This document shows positions 18,129 through 26,722 of a stretch of 64,000 bases of DNA, in pieces. Origin of the DNA: Planctomycetota bacterium (lineage in GTDB: Bacteria > Planctomycetota > UBA8108 > SXIK01); NCBI GenBank assembly GCA_965223265.1, contig OZ244999.1, forward strand, positions 2,496,001-2,560,000, written 5' to 3'. Position 1 is the stretch's first letter. Every line of letters begins with the position of its first letter. Made by a program: the position numbers and the translations under genes. Under the pieces are notes generated by a model, which saw nothing but the letters and a program-made list of their open reading frames with translations, had not been told where the DNA came from and did not search any database.

Positions 18129-18669
18129 CCGCTTGAGAAGCCTTCCTGGGCGAGCTCTTTCGGCCCCGCCGGAGTCACCAAAGGCGCGCCTGTTCGGCAG
18201 ACGCTCCGCATGGAAAGAAACAGATGCCGTCGCACGCGACGCATCCCAAGCACGAAACTATATACGGAAAACTTCTTGGATGGGACAATCAATTCTCGTC
18301 AGCTCGAGCCTGCGATCCCGACCTGTCAGGCCAAGTTTTTCTGCTCTCGCCAGCAGGAAGTTGCAGACAAACCCCATGTTCTGAACTCCTTACTGGATCG
18401 GTTGTCCAAGGTGGGCAACTGAGCACGCGGCGTCCCAAGCCGATCGGCTGACCGTCGGAATTCTCGGCTCACTCTCAGAGATTGCTCATGAACGCCTCTC
18501 GACGCACGGGATACTGGGACGACGTGCACGTGATTCGAAGCGAGTGTGGATGGTGTCGCGGCGTCGGGTACCGCAGCCCGTGGGACGAATTTGTAGATTG
18601 ATGGGGTCGGGCGGGTTCTCGCTCCACGAGCAGTCGGTCACGGTCACTGGCGCGAATGTGGATGCCGAG

Positions 18670-18754
18670 ACGCCCACGCCCACGCCCCACGCAAACGCCC
18701 ACGCCCACGCAAACGCGAACGCCCACGCAAACGCAAACGCAAACGCAAACGCGA
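18670..18754 (+). repeat. Hexamer tandem repeat (ACGCCC/ACGCAA/ACGCGA) x14
   Basis: Fourteen ACGC(C/A/G)(C/A) units read directly; one unit has an extra C. Confidence 0.9.
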
Positions 18755-18763
18755 ATAAGACCG

Positions 18764-18794
18764 GACGGCACACGGCGTGTGCCTGCTACTTTTT
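18764..18794 (-). repeat. GTAG-type REP element
   Basis: Minus strand AAAAAGTAGCAGGCACACGCCGTGTGCCGTC: GTAG tag plus GGCACAC-GCC-GTGTGCC palindrome; near-identical to 16019-16049. Confidence 0.7.
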
Positions 18795-18806
18795 GAGAGG
18801 CTTTCT

Positions 18807-19604
18807 GTGAAACTCGCTACACTTTTTGTTGCTCTCGCTCTGCTCCCGATCGCGGCGCCGCGACAGCAGCAGGCACGACTCGTTGAAACGCAGCCGCTGA
18901 AAGAGGGCGCCGCTTCGCAGGGGGTGGCGCTCGCCAAGGATTTCTACTACGGATCAACGAGTCGGACGATTTGCCGCTTTGACACGGACTGGAAGTTCAT
19001 CGAGCAGAAAACGATCCAGGTTGCAGGCGTGAATCACATCGGTGCGATTCACTATGACGCAGGGTTCCTCTGGGTCGGGCTGCTGCATGGTCCCGTGAAA
19101 GGAAAACACGACCCGAAGCTCGACCGCGCGATCGTCGCTAAGGTCCGCGCGCGCGATCTCGAAGTCGTCGACGCGTGGGATCTGTCCAAGGACGTCACCT
19201 GGATCGATCCGGTCTGTTTTGCCGCGAAACGTCTCTGGGTGGGGGATCTCAGCGACCTGGGCATTCACCGCTACAAGCTCGTCGATGGCGAGCTCGTTCG
19301 CGACGGTATCTTTCGTTACCCGAAAGCCATGCACTTCTCGCAAGGCATTCGCATTGTCGGGGACAAGCTTTACAGCACTCACACGTTCGGTACGATGGAC
19401 GGTCTCTTCGAGTTTCAGCTTCCCGCCAAGCTCGACGGCAGCATCCAACAGCCGCGCCGCGTCTGGCCGATCCAGGAGAGGCGTTCGCACCTCGAGGGCT
19501 TCGCCTTCGTACCCGGCCGACCGAACGAGATTTGGCACGCACAGGGGAGCGAAGTCGACCGCTACGTGCTCGAGGGGCTCAAAGCTGACGACCGTCAGCG
19601 GTGA
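18807..19604 (+). CDS. Secreted hypothetical protein, probable beta-propeller
   Basis: GTG start with signal peptide MKLATLFVALALLPIAA; short beta-strand repeats (ASQGVAL, NHIGAIHY, FSQGIRI, HLEGFAF). Confidence 0.65.
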   Translation: MKLATLFVALALLPIAAPRQQQARLVETQPLKEGAASQGVALAKDFYYGSTSRTICRFDTDWKFIEQKTIQVAGVNHIGAIHYDAGFLWVGLLHGPVKGKHDPKLDRAIVAKVRARDLEVVDAWDLSKDVTWIDPVCFAAKRLWVGDLSDLGIHRYKLVDGELVRDGIFRYPKAMHFSQGIRIVGDKLYSTHTFGTMDGLFEFQLPAKLDGSIQQPRRVWPIQERRSHLEGFAFVPGRPNEIWHAQGSEVDRYVLEGLKADDRQR

Positions 19605-19714
19605 TGCGTCGCAGCTAGTGAGCGCTCGGCGACTGCGATTCAAGGCTCGGCCTCGTCCGCGGCGATGCATTCATATGGTGGCGATCCCTGACGCCGCCGC
19701 GACGACCCGTGGGT

Positions 19715-21283
19715 TCAACGACTCGCGCGAACGGCATGGTCCAGCCGTGGGTGGCCGCCGTCATCTCGACCGTTCCAGCCAAAGCTGTAAAGGATGTAGC
19801 CCGCGCCGACTCTTCGGTAGACGAGATCGCCTCCAGTGCGTTCCTTTGGCACGGCTTTCATGTGGTCCGGGACCAGATCACTCAGACTTTCAGGGTACTC
19901 GCCAGTCTCGACACGGTGGAGCGTCAGCAGAATCGCGGTGCGGACGATTCTTAGCTGTGTCTCCGAATCCAGAGCACATTTGATTAGGTTTTGTGCTGAT
20001 GGGCTCGAGCAAAAGTCCAGATAGTCGTCCAAGCACTGGGCTGGCGGCGACAGAAAAACACGCTTCAGCTCCGACGACGCCTGCCGTAGCCAAGCCCAGG
20101 TCTCGCTCGATCTTTCGAACTCCACGGCTCGGAGCCACTGAGCAGAAAGGTCTGACCCCTCAAGCATCGAGGCTACATCGTCGTAGGCTCGGTTCACTCG
20201 AGCGAGACAGCGGTTTGCATCGATGTCGTCGATCGTCAACTGCGCGAAGACTGAGTCCGCGGGATCTGACGCATCCACATTAAACGCGGAGTGGACGTCT
20301 CCCGTGCGCAGGAAGTTCTGGATCGAGTCGAGGTTTGTGTAGCGATCAACTTCTAGCGCCCAAGCCGAATCGGTTTGTGGAAGAGCGTCGAGGTCAGCAA
20401 GCAGTTGATGGAGCCGGCGCGGCTCTCTCGGCAGAGCGTTTGCCGCAGCGAGCTTGAGCCTGAGTCCGTGGTTCTCGTGCGCGATCCCAAGAATGAACCC
20501 CAACCATGTTCCCTGTGTCCCGACAAATCGTCCCAGGCGCACGACGCCGAGCGCGCGCCGCCATGCGCCGCGGAAGTCGCCGCAGCCGAGTTCGAGAAAG
20601 CCTTGGCGAACTAAAAGCCTCGCGCTGTGGTACAGCGAAAGAGAGTTCATCGACAGGTACACGCTCGTCAAGCCTTCGGCGTGGTTCGGCGGGATGCGCG
20701 GTATGAAGAACGCGGGTCGTTCGCTGGCCATCTGCAGGAGCGGAATAGCGAATTCATTTTCCTGCAGCCAGGCGTAGACGAGAGGAAATTCGTCTGGAGT
20801 CCATGGCCGCTCGGATGCGACGTCGCATTGGAGATCGAACAGCTCCTTGGCTTCCGGGCCGCGCTGTTTGTCCAGACGAGACGAGTAGCGGAATTCACCG
20901 ACCACGTACCGCCCGTCCTCGCGCAGCTCGCCGAGCCCAAGCGCCTCGAGGACGCGGCGGTTTCCGCTGACGAACTCCGGCCCGAACGCAGTGATCATCG
21001 GAATGGCGCCGTTCGTCTCATGCGTCACGCCGCGACCGATCTTCTCGTTGATCGCCGTGACGTAGTCGATTGTGCCGTCCGGATAGCGGGGTTCGAGGAG
21101 GTACGTCGTCTGGCGCGAGTAGATGAGCTCCATCGATCGAGGAGCCGCAGCGATCGTCCAGAGCGCGATCGCGCCAGAGACGGCCAAGGCGCATGCGGTG
21201 CCGTAGAGCAATCTACGGGTGATCCGATGGCGTCCGAGAGGCTGCGTCCGGGTCGTTTGCATTGCGGCGAACTCCTCTGCCAT
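19715..21283 (-). CDS. Membrane-anchored helical hypothetical protein with a GspG-like C-terminal motif
   Basis: N-terminal TM, DGTIDYVTAIN, C-terminal GEYPESLSDLVP...YILYSFGWNGRDDGG. Confidence 0.65.
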   Translation of the reverse strand: MAEEFAAMQTTRTQPLGRHRITRRLLYGTACALAVSGAIALWTIAAAPRSMELIYSRQTTYLLEPRYPDGTIDYVTAINEKIGRGVTHETNGAIPMITAFGPEFVSGNRRVLEALGLGELREDGRYVVGEFRYSSRLDKQRGPEAKELFDLQCDVASERPWTPDEFPLVYAWLQENEFAIPLLQMASERPAFFIPRIPPNHAEGLTSVYLSMNSLSLYHSARLLVRQGFLELGCGDFRGAWRRALGVVRLGRFVGTQGTWLGFILGIAHENHGLRLKLAAANALPREPRRLHQLLADLDALPQTDSAWALEVDRYTNLDSIQNFLRTGDVHSAFNVDASDPADSVFAQLTIDDIDANRCLARVNRAYDDVASMLEGSDLSAQWLRAVEFERSSETWAWLRQASSELKRVFLSPPAQCLDDYLDFCSSPSAQNLIKCALDSETQLRIVRTAILLTLHRVETGEYPESLSDLVPDHMKAVPKERTGGDLVYRRVGAGYILYSFGWNGRDDGGHPRLDHAVRASR

Positions 21284-21585
21284 CGCTTGCAGGCGGCGCT
21301 GCGGGATGACCTTCGCTTGGGAGTCTTTCTACCACGGAAGGGGCGGAAATCAGCGCTGGAAAGGAGCCGTTTCTTCCTCAGCAGTACGATCACTCACGTC
21401 TCCGGTTGAGTCGAGGGACCGTGACGTTGGTGATGGCGCAAAGGTTCGGTCACGCGGTTTTCATCCGCATGCTTGCCCCACCCGCCAAGCCCCGGGGAAG
21501 TACCGCTGGGCCGCTCGCGGCCGCGGCAGTACAATGCGATCGCTGCTATGGTTTTCCGAGATCTCCGCCAAGCGCGAGGTGCGAC

Positions 21586-22884
21586 ATGAGCAAGACTTCT
21601 GGGAAGCAAATCGAACGCCGGACGTTTCTGCACACGAGCTGCGCGCTCGGCGCCGGTCTGACTGCGGGAGCGCTCTCAACCGCCGCCGGTGGGGCGGCCG
21701 GGGCGAACGAGCGTTTTACGGTCGCCGTGATGGGGCTCAGCCGTGGGCTTGGGATCATCCGGACTCTCTTCGATGTGCCGAACGTCGACATCGCCTACGT
21801 TTGCGATGTCGACCTGGAGCGCATCGACCGCGCTGTGCAAACAGTTGACAAGCGCATTGGCAAGCGTCCGGCCGGCGTCCAAGATTTTCGCCGTCTGCTC
21901 GACGATCCGGCGATCGACGCTGTGTTCATCGCCACGTGCAACCACTGGCACGCACCGGCGACCATTCTCGCCTGCAAGGCGGGGAAGCACGTTTATGTCG
22001 AAAAGCCGGGCAGTCAGAACCCGCACGAAGGTGAGCTCATGGTCGCCGCCGCGAAGAAGTACGGGCGCACGGTGCAGATGGGAAACCAGCGCCGCAGCTG
22101 GCCGTCGATCATCGAGGCGATCGCGAGGCTGCACGGCGGGGCGATCGGAGTGCCGCGCTTCGCACGCTGCTCGCACAACGGCGCCCGCAAGTCGATCGGC
22201 CGCGGTCATTCCGTGCCGATTCCAAAGCACCTCGACTACTCGATCTGGCAGGGGCCAGCTCCGGAGCGGCCGTACAAGAGCAACCTCGTCCACTACAACT
22301 GGCACTGGCATTGGCACTGGGGGAACGGCGAGCTCGGCAACAACGGCGTGCACTCTCTCGACATCGCGCGCTGGGGCCTGCGCGTCCACTACCCACTAAG
22401 GGCGTCGTACGTCGGTGGCCGCTACCACTTCGACGACGACCAGGAGACCCCCGACAGCGGCGTCGCCAGCTTTGACTTCGGCGACGTCGGCATCACCTGG
22501 GACGGCAGCAGCTGCCAAGCGCGGCGCGGCGACCGCCCCGCCTTCGTTGAATTCAGCGGCGACGATGGGACGCTTGCGATTCGCGACCCGGGTTACGTCA
22601 TCTACGATAACGACGGCAAGGAGGTCGTGTCGAACGCTGGCAAGCGAGACGACCCGCCGCACATGATCGACTTCTTCGACTGCATCAAGAGCGGCCGGAA
22701 GCCGCACTCACACATCGAGGACGCGCAGCGAAGCACGCTCCTGTGCCACCTCGGCAACATCGCCTACCGAACCGGAGAGACGATCCATTTCGATCCCGCG
22801 GCGCGTCAGATCGTCGGCAGCGACAAAGGGGCTGCGCTTTGGAAGCGCGAATACCGCCCCGGATGGGAGCCGACGCTCACTTGA
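21586..22884 (+). CDS. Tat-exported Gfo/Idh/MocA oxidoreductase
   Basis: RRTFL Tat motif, DHWH-like CNHWH, GKHVYVEKP, QMGNQRRS, NNGVHSLD. Confidence 0.9.
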   Translation: MSKTSGKQIERRTFLHTSCALGAGLTAGALSTAAGGAAGANERFTVAVMGLSRGLGIIRTLFDVPNVDIAYVCDVDLERIDRAVQTVDKRIGKRPAGVQDFRRLLDDPAIDAVFIATCNHWHAPATILACKAGKHVYVEKPGSQNPHEGELMVAAAKKYGRTVQMGNQRRSWPSIIEAIARLHGGAIGVPRFARCSHNGARKSIGRGHSVPIPKHLDYSIWQGPAPERPYKSNLVHYNWHWHWHWGNGELGNNGVHSLDIARWGLRVHYPLRASYVGGRYHFDDDQETPDSGVASFDFGDVGITWDGSSCQARRGDRPAFVEFSGDDGTLAIRDPGYVIYDNDGKEVVSNAGKRDDPPHMIDFFDCIKSGRKPHSHIEDAQRSTLLCHLGNIAYRTGETIHFDPAARQIVGSDKGAALWKREYRPGWEPTLT

Positions 22885-22893
22885 TCCGCGCGA

Positions 22894-24183
22894 TCACTCG
22901 TCCTCGTCCCCGCCCTCGCCCTTCGCCTTCGTCGCCTTCAAGGCGACCATGACCGCCTGATCAGGGTGCTCAAACGTGCCGTTGGTGCCGACATAGAGAA
23001 TGCCGTCGTCTCCGAGGGTCATTGCCTCGGCGAACAGACCTCCCTTCGGCACGACTTGCTTGCGCCAGATCGTCGCGCCGTCTTTGAGCGAGAGGCAGTA
23101 CACCCCGCCGTCGTCGCAGAGCGAGATGTAAACGGCGTCTTTGTTGACAATGGGACTGCTCATCTCGCCCTTGATGCCGTAGAAGGCGCGGCGCCACTTC
23201 TCTTTGCCCTTCAGGTTGACGGCGATCAGGCGTGGATCGGCGCCGACCGTGGAGAGGTAGATGGTATCCTTGTCCATGGCGGGGAAACGTGGGGCGTCGC
23301 CGGGAAGGAGCGGATCGAACAGCCACTTCTGCTTTGGGGAGCCTCCCTGATCCGTCAGCGCGAACAGGAATCCGTGACGGCTCTCCTGTATGTAGATCGT
23401 GCCGTCCCTACCGACAATCGGTGAGCACCAACTAAAGTCTGCGTTAGGAAACGCGAACGTCCACTTGAACGTGCCGTTAGACGTGCTCAGGGCATGCACG
23501 TACCCTTCGCCGCGGCTGCGAAAACCGCCGCCAAAGTAGACAGTTTTCTCATCTCGAGAGAGAGCAGGAGATGACGTGACCTGCGATCGCTCGAACGATG
23601 ACGTCCACACGACGTCGCCGTTGTTCGGATCTATCTTGAAGAAATCTCCCTCGACGCTGCCGCCGATGTAGACGGATCCCTTGCGATCGGTCACCGGAGA
23701 AGCCAGCACGCCGTAGGAACTCATGGATGTTGAAGTTTCCCATTGAAGCTCGCCGCTCGTACGACTGAGCGCACCAACGTAGCTGTCTCGAAAACCCGAG
23801 ATGAGTCTACCTTTCCTAACGAGCACGGGAATCGACAGACCATCGCGACGTGCAGCACGCGAGTAGCGCCAGCGTTCCTTCCCCTTCGGAGTGAGCGAAA
23901 GGATATGATCGCCGCCGCCAAATGCACAGTTGACGTAAAGATTCCCTTTTTCGTCTATGATCGCCTGAACGGTCACTCCGCCGCCGGAGAGACCGGGCGC
24001 GGCTTCCCACAGAATCTCGGGTTCCGTCAGCGGCCCTGCACGCTCCGAGAAACCTGTGCGCTGAGGGTTACCCGCGGCCATCGGTTGCGCCGATTCGACA
24101 GCCTGCGCGTAGGAGTCCCTTGCAGCTAAGAACGGGAACGCGACGCCGACAACGAGTAGAGTTAAGGTCGCCCGAGTTTTCAT
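22894..24183 (-). CDS. PQQ-like (BamB-type) beta-propeller secreted protein
   Basis: Signal peptide; repeated xLxxxGxxxW blades (GKERW, GELQW, GDVVW, GTFKW, GKEKW, GATIW) and SSP motifs. Confidence 0.8.
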   Translation of the reverse strand: MKTRATLTLLVVGVAFPFLAARDSYAQAVESAQPMAAGNPQRTGFSERAGPLTEPEILWEAAPGLSGGGVTVQAIIDEKGNLYVNCAFGGGDHILSLTPKGKERWRYSRAARRDGLSIPVLVRKGRLISGFRDSYVGALSRTSGELQWETSTSMSSYGVLASPVTDRKGSVYIGGSVEGDFFKIDPNNGDVVWTSSFERSQVTSSPALSRDEKTVYFGGGFRSRGEGYVHALSTSNGTFKWTFAFPNADFSWCSPIVGRDGTIYIQESRHGFLFALTDQGGSPKQKWLFDPLLPGDAPRFPAMDKDTIYLSTVGADPRLIAVNLKGKEKWRRAFYGIKGEMSSPIVNKDAVYISLCDDGGVYCLSLKDGATIWRKQVVPKGGLFAEAMTLGDDGILYVGTNGTFEHPDQAVMVALKATKAKGEGGDEDE

Positions 24184-24384
24184 CGCTGCACCCAATACTT
24201 TCTTCGCCGAGCTCCCCGGCTCAGCAGTTACCTTGTCACATCGAGACGAGCTGGACGTGGGGGTTCCGCGGCTTTGCCACAAAGAGAGACTACCGTCTCC
24301 ACCGCGCCCCACCAACCTGTTTGCTCTACTTTCCGTTTCGCCGCTCGCATACCCTTGTCGACGTCTGACTTGCGAGGAGAGTTT

Positions 24385-25977
24385 ATGCTACTGCACGTTT
24401 GCGCCACCTCACGCGTCGCCCTCACCTTCTTCGCCGTGACCACGACGTTCATGAAGCTGCCGACCATCGGGGCGCTCGAGATCGGTCGTTCGCCAGGCGC
24501 TGTGGAGCTGACGACGCTGGCAGGGCATCGCTTCAAAATGGACAACTACGGAGACCGTCGCGGCACGGCGGTCGTGTTCCTTTCTGGTCGCTGCGCGCGC
24601 ACGGCCGAGAGTATCGAGTCGATCAATCGTATCCATACTACCTACCGACTTCGTGAGATCCTGTTCGTCGGCATCGTGTCGAACAGTGTGGAGTCGGGAG
24701 CCGAGATCCGCACTTTCGCGCAAAACACGGGCTGCATCTTCCCGATCTATCGCGATCCCGAGCGCCAGGCACAGCGCCGGTTCGCTGCTGAAGTCACTCC
24801 GGAGGTGTTTCTTCTCGACGGCGCGGGGCGTCTCGTCTATCACGGCGCCGTCGACGCCGTCGAGGGAGGCGGCGGCGTCGAGCCTGCGATCGTCTCGCTC
24901 CTCGCGAAGCAGCCGATCGTGACCTCTCGCCTGCCAGCGACGGGCACGGCGATCGACGTCGTCGGCCAGGAGCTTCCCCGCGGCAACCCTTTCGGCCGAC
25001 CTGCCTTTTCGTCCGAGCTCATCTTCGAGCACATTCCAGGCGCTCCTGTCCATCACTGCTCGACGATCACTGAGGCGCCCAGCGGCGACCTCCTTTGCCT
25101 CTGGTACGGCGGCAGCTACGAATCGGCCGAGGACCAAGTACTCTTTCTGAGTCGACGCACTCGCGGCAGTCGCGTCTGGAGCGAGCCGCAGGTCGTGATT
25201 CAGAATCACGGTCAGCCGCCCGGGAACGCGGTCATCTTCACCGACGGTCTCAAACGCGTGTGGATCGTCTGGGGGCGCATGGAAAGCCGTCGCCCGATCC
25301 GCCGCGGCTCAGGTTGGGGGGAGTGCAGGCTGCTTTATCGCACCTCCGGCGACGATGGTCGCACCTGGAGCGAGGATCGCGTGCTCCCGGGCGAGCTGGG
25401 TTGGCTGCCGCGGAACGTTCCTCTTCGGGTCAAGTCTGGTGATCTCCTCCTGCCGCTTAGTGGCCGAGTTGACGGCGCCTACGGCTCGTTCTTTTTGCGC
25501 ACGTCTGACCATGGAGCAACCTGGAAACGCTCCGGTGTCATTTCGCGAGGCAGTCAGCCCACGCTCGTCGAGCGCGAGGATGGGGCGCTGTTCGTCATGA
25601 TGCGCCACAGCCCCCGCAGTCTTGAGAGCGTCTCGATGGACGGTGGAGCGACATGGGAGCCAGTGGCGCGCTCGGAACTCAAGAATCCCGGTGCCGGCAT
25701 CGCTATGACGAAGCTGCGCAGCGGCATGGTCGTTCTTGTGTTCAACGACACCGAGCAGGAGCCGCGTTCACCCCTAAGCGCTGCGCTGTCGCTGACCGAG
25801 GGGCGAACCTGGGAGAAGCCCGTCCAACTGGAATCAAACCCGGGCGAGTACTCCTATCCGTGCGTCGTTCAGACTGCCGATGATCGAATTCACATCACCT
25901 ACACGTTTCGGCGCTTCGCGATCAAGCACGTCGAAATCAACGAGGATTGGTTGACGCGGTTCGAGCGGCCGGATTGA
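24385..25977 (+). CDS. Redoxin (AhpC/TSA-like) domain fused to a BNR exo-sialidase-fold domain
   Basis: N-terminal VVFLSGRC...FVGIVSN...TPEVFLLD...YHGAVD; C-terminal Asp-boxes SGDDGRTW, TSDHGATW, SMDGGATW, SLTEGRTW and EYSYP. Confidence 0.8.
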   Translation: MLLHVCATSRVALTFFAVTTTFMKLPTIGALEIGRSPGAVELTTLAGHRFKMDNYGDRRGTAVVFLSGRCARTAESIESINRIHTTYRLREILFVGIVSNSVESGAEIRTFAQNTGCIFPIYRDPERQAQRRFAAEVTPEVFLLDGAGRLVYHGAVDAVEGGGGVEPAIVSLLAKQPIVTSRLPATGTAIDVVGQELPRGNPFGRPAFSSELIFEHIPGAPVHHCSTITEAPSGDLLCLWYGGSYESAEDQVLFLSRRTRGSRVWSEPQVVIQNHGQPPGNAVIFTDGLKRVWIVWGRMESRRPIRRGSGWGECRLLYRTSGDDGRTWSEDRVLPGELGWLPRNVPLRVKSGDLLLPLSGRVDGAYGSFFLRTSDHGATWKRSGVISRGSQPTLVEREDGALFVMMRHSPRSLESVSMDGGATWEPVARSELKNPGAGIAMTKLRSGMVVLVFNDTEQEPRSPLSAALSLTEGRTWEKPVQLESNPGEYSYPCVVQTADDRIHITYTFRRFAIKHVEINEDWLTRFERPD

Positions 25978-26227
25978 CACCCCGCTTCAGTGCCGCAGCT
26001 CGGCTACGAAGCCGCCGAGGGGGCGTCGGCTGAACCGCGACCCTCGGGCCGCTCAGCGGCGCCCAGGTCGCTCCTGCCGTCCAGCCCTGCGTTCAGCAGG
26101 CGCGGGGCCAGAAGTTTTAGAAAATCCGCGACGCCGTACGTCATCACTTCGGCCGGTCGAGCGTCTGCGCCCGTGATCTACGTCTACGGGGCAGTTCAGA
26201 GCCTCATTCGCCACGGTGGAGGCCCGA

Positions 26228-26722
26228 ATGGATGTCGTCATGAATCTGAGGTCGAAGTTGGAGGCGCTCTACCTCGAAAACCGCCAACAGCTCTACACCT
26301 GCGCCCTCGCGATCGTACGCTGCCCAGAGGGCGCAGAGGACGCCGTGCAGGAGGCGTTTTCACGGCTATTTGTGATGGGCACCGCTCCGGGCAGCATCAG
26401 AGCGTACGTATTCCGTGCCGTACGCAATGCCGCGCTCGATCAGCGCCGGCGCAAGGGGCGAATCGTCGCCGAACTGAGCCACTACATCTTCGACCCTCGC
26501 GACGGACCCCACGAAACGGCGCTGGCGAATGAGTTCAAACAACGCGTGGTGGGGGCGCTCCTCGACCTCGACGACGAAGATCGTGAGATCGTCATCCACC
26601 GTCTTTACGTTGATTTGACGTTTCGCGAGATCTCCGAAGTCATGGATCTTCCGCTGTCGAGCGTTGCCTACCGCTACAGGCAAGCCCTCCAACGAATGCG
26701 AAGTTCACTCAAGGAGTCATGA
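26228..26722 (+). CDS. ECF RNA polymerase sigma factor
   Basis: AEDAVQEAF (region 2), YVFRAVRNAALD, region 4 LTFREISEVMDLPLSSV; GGAGG RBS. Confidence 0.9.
   Translation: MDVVMNLRSKLEALYLENRQQLYTCALAIVRCPEGAEDAVQEAFSRLFVMGTAPGSIRAYVFRAVRNAALDQRRRKGRIVAELSHYIFDPRDGPHETALANEFKQRVVGALLDLDDEDREIVIHRLYVDLTFREISEVMDLPLSSVAYRYRQALQRMRSSLKES

Noticed and set aside
18130-18480. ops/JUMPStart element or sigma70 promoter for the Pgl-like operon
   Set aside because: No GGCGGTAG on the minus strand; a TTGTCC...TATAGT pair near 18247-18288 has non-canonical spacing.
18475-18937. ORFs with VCVCVC / AFAFAW / ANANAN runs
   Set aside because: Translations of the hexamer microsatellite.
22890-22935. CTCGTC/CTCGCC hexamer-like run
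   Set aside because: Explained by the coding tail KAKGEGGDEDE of the PQQ-propeller gene.
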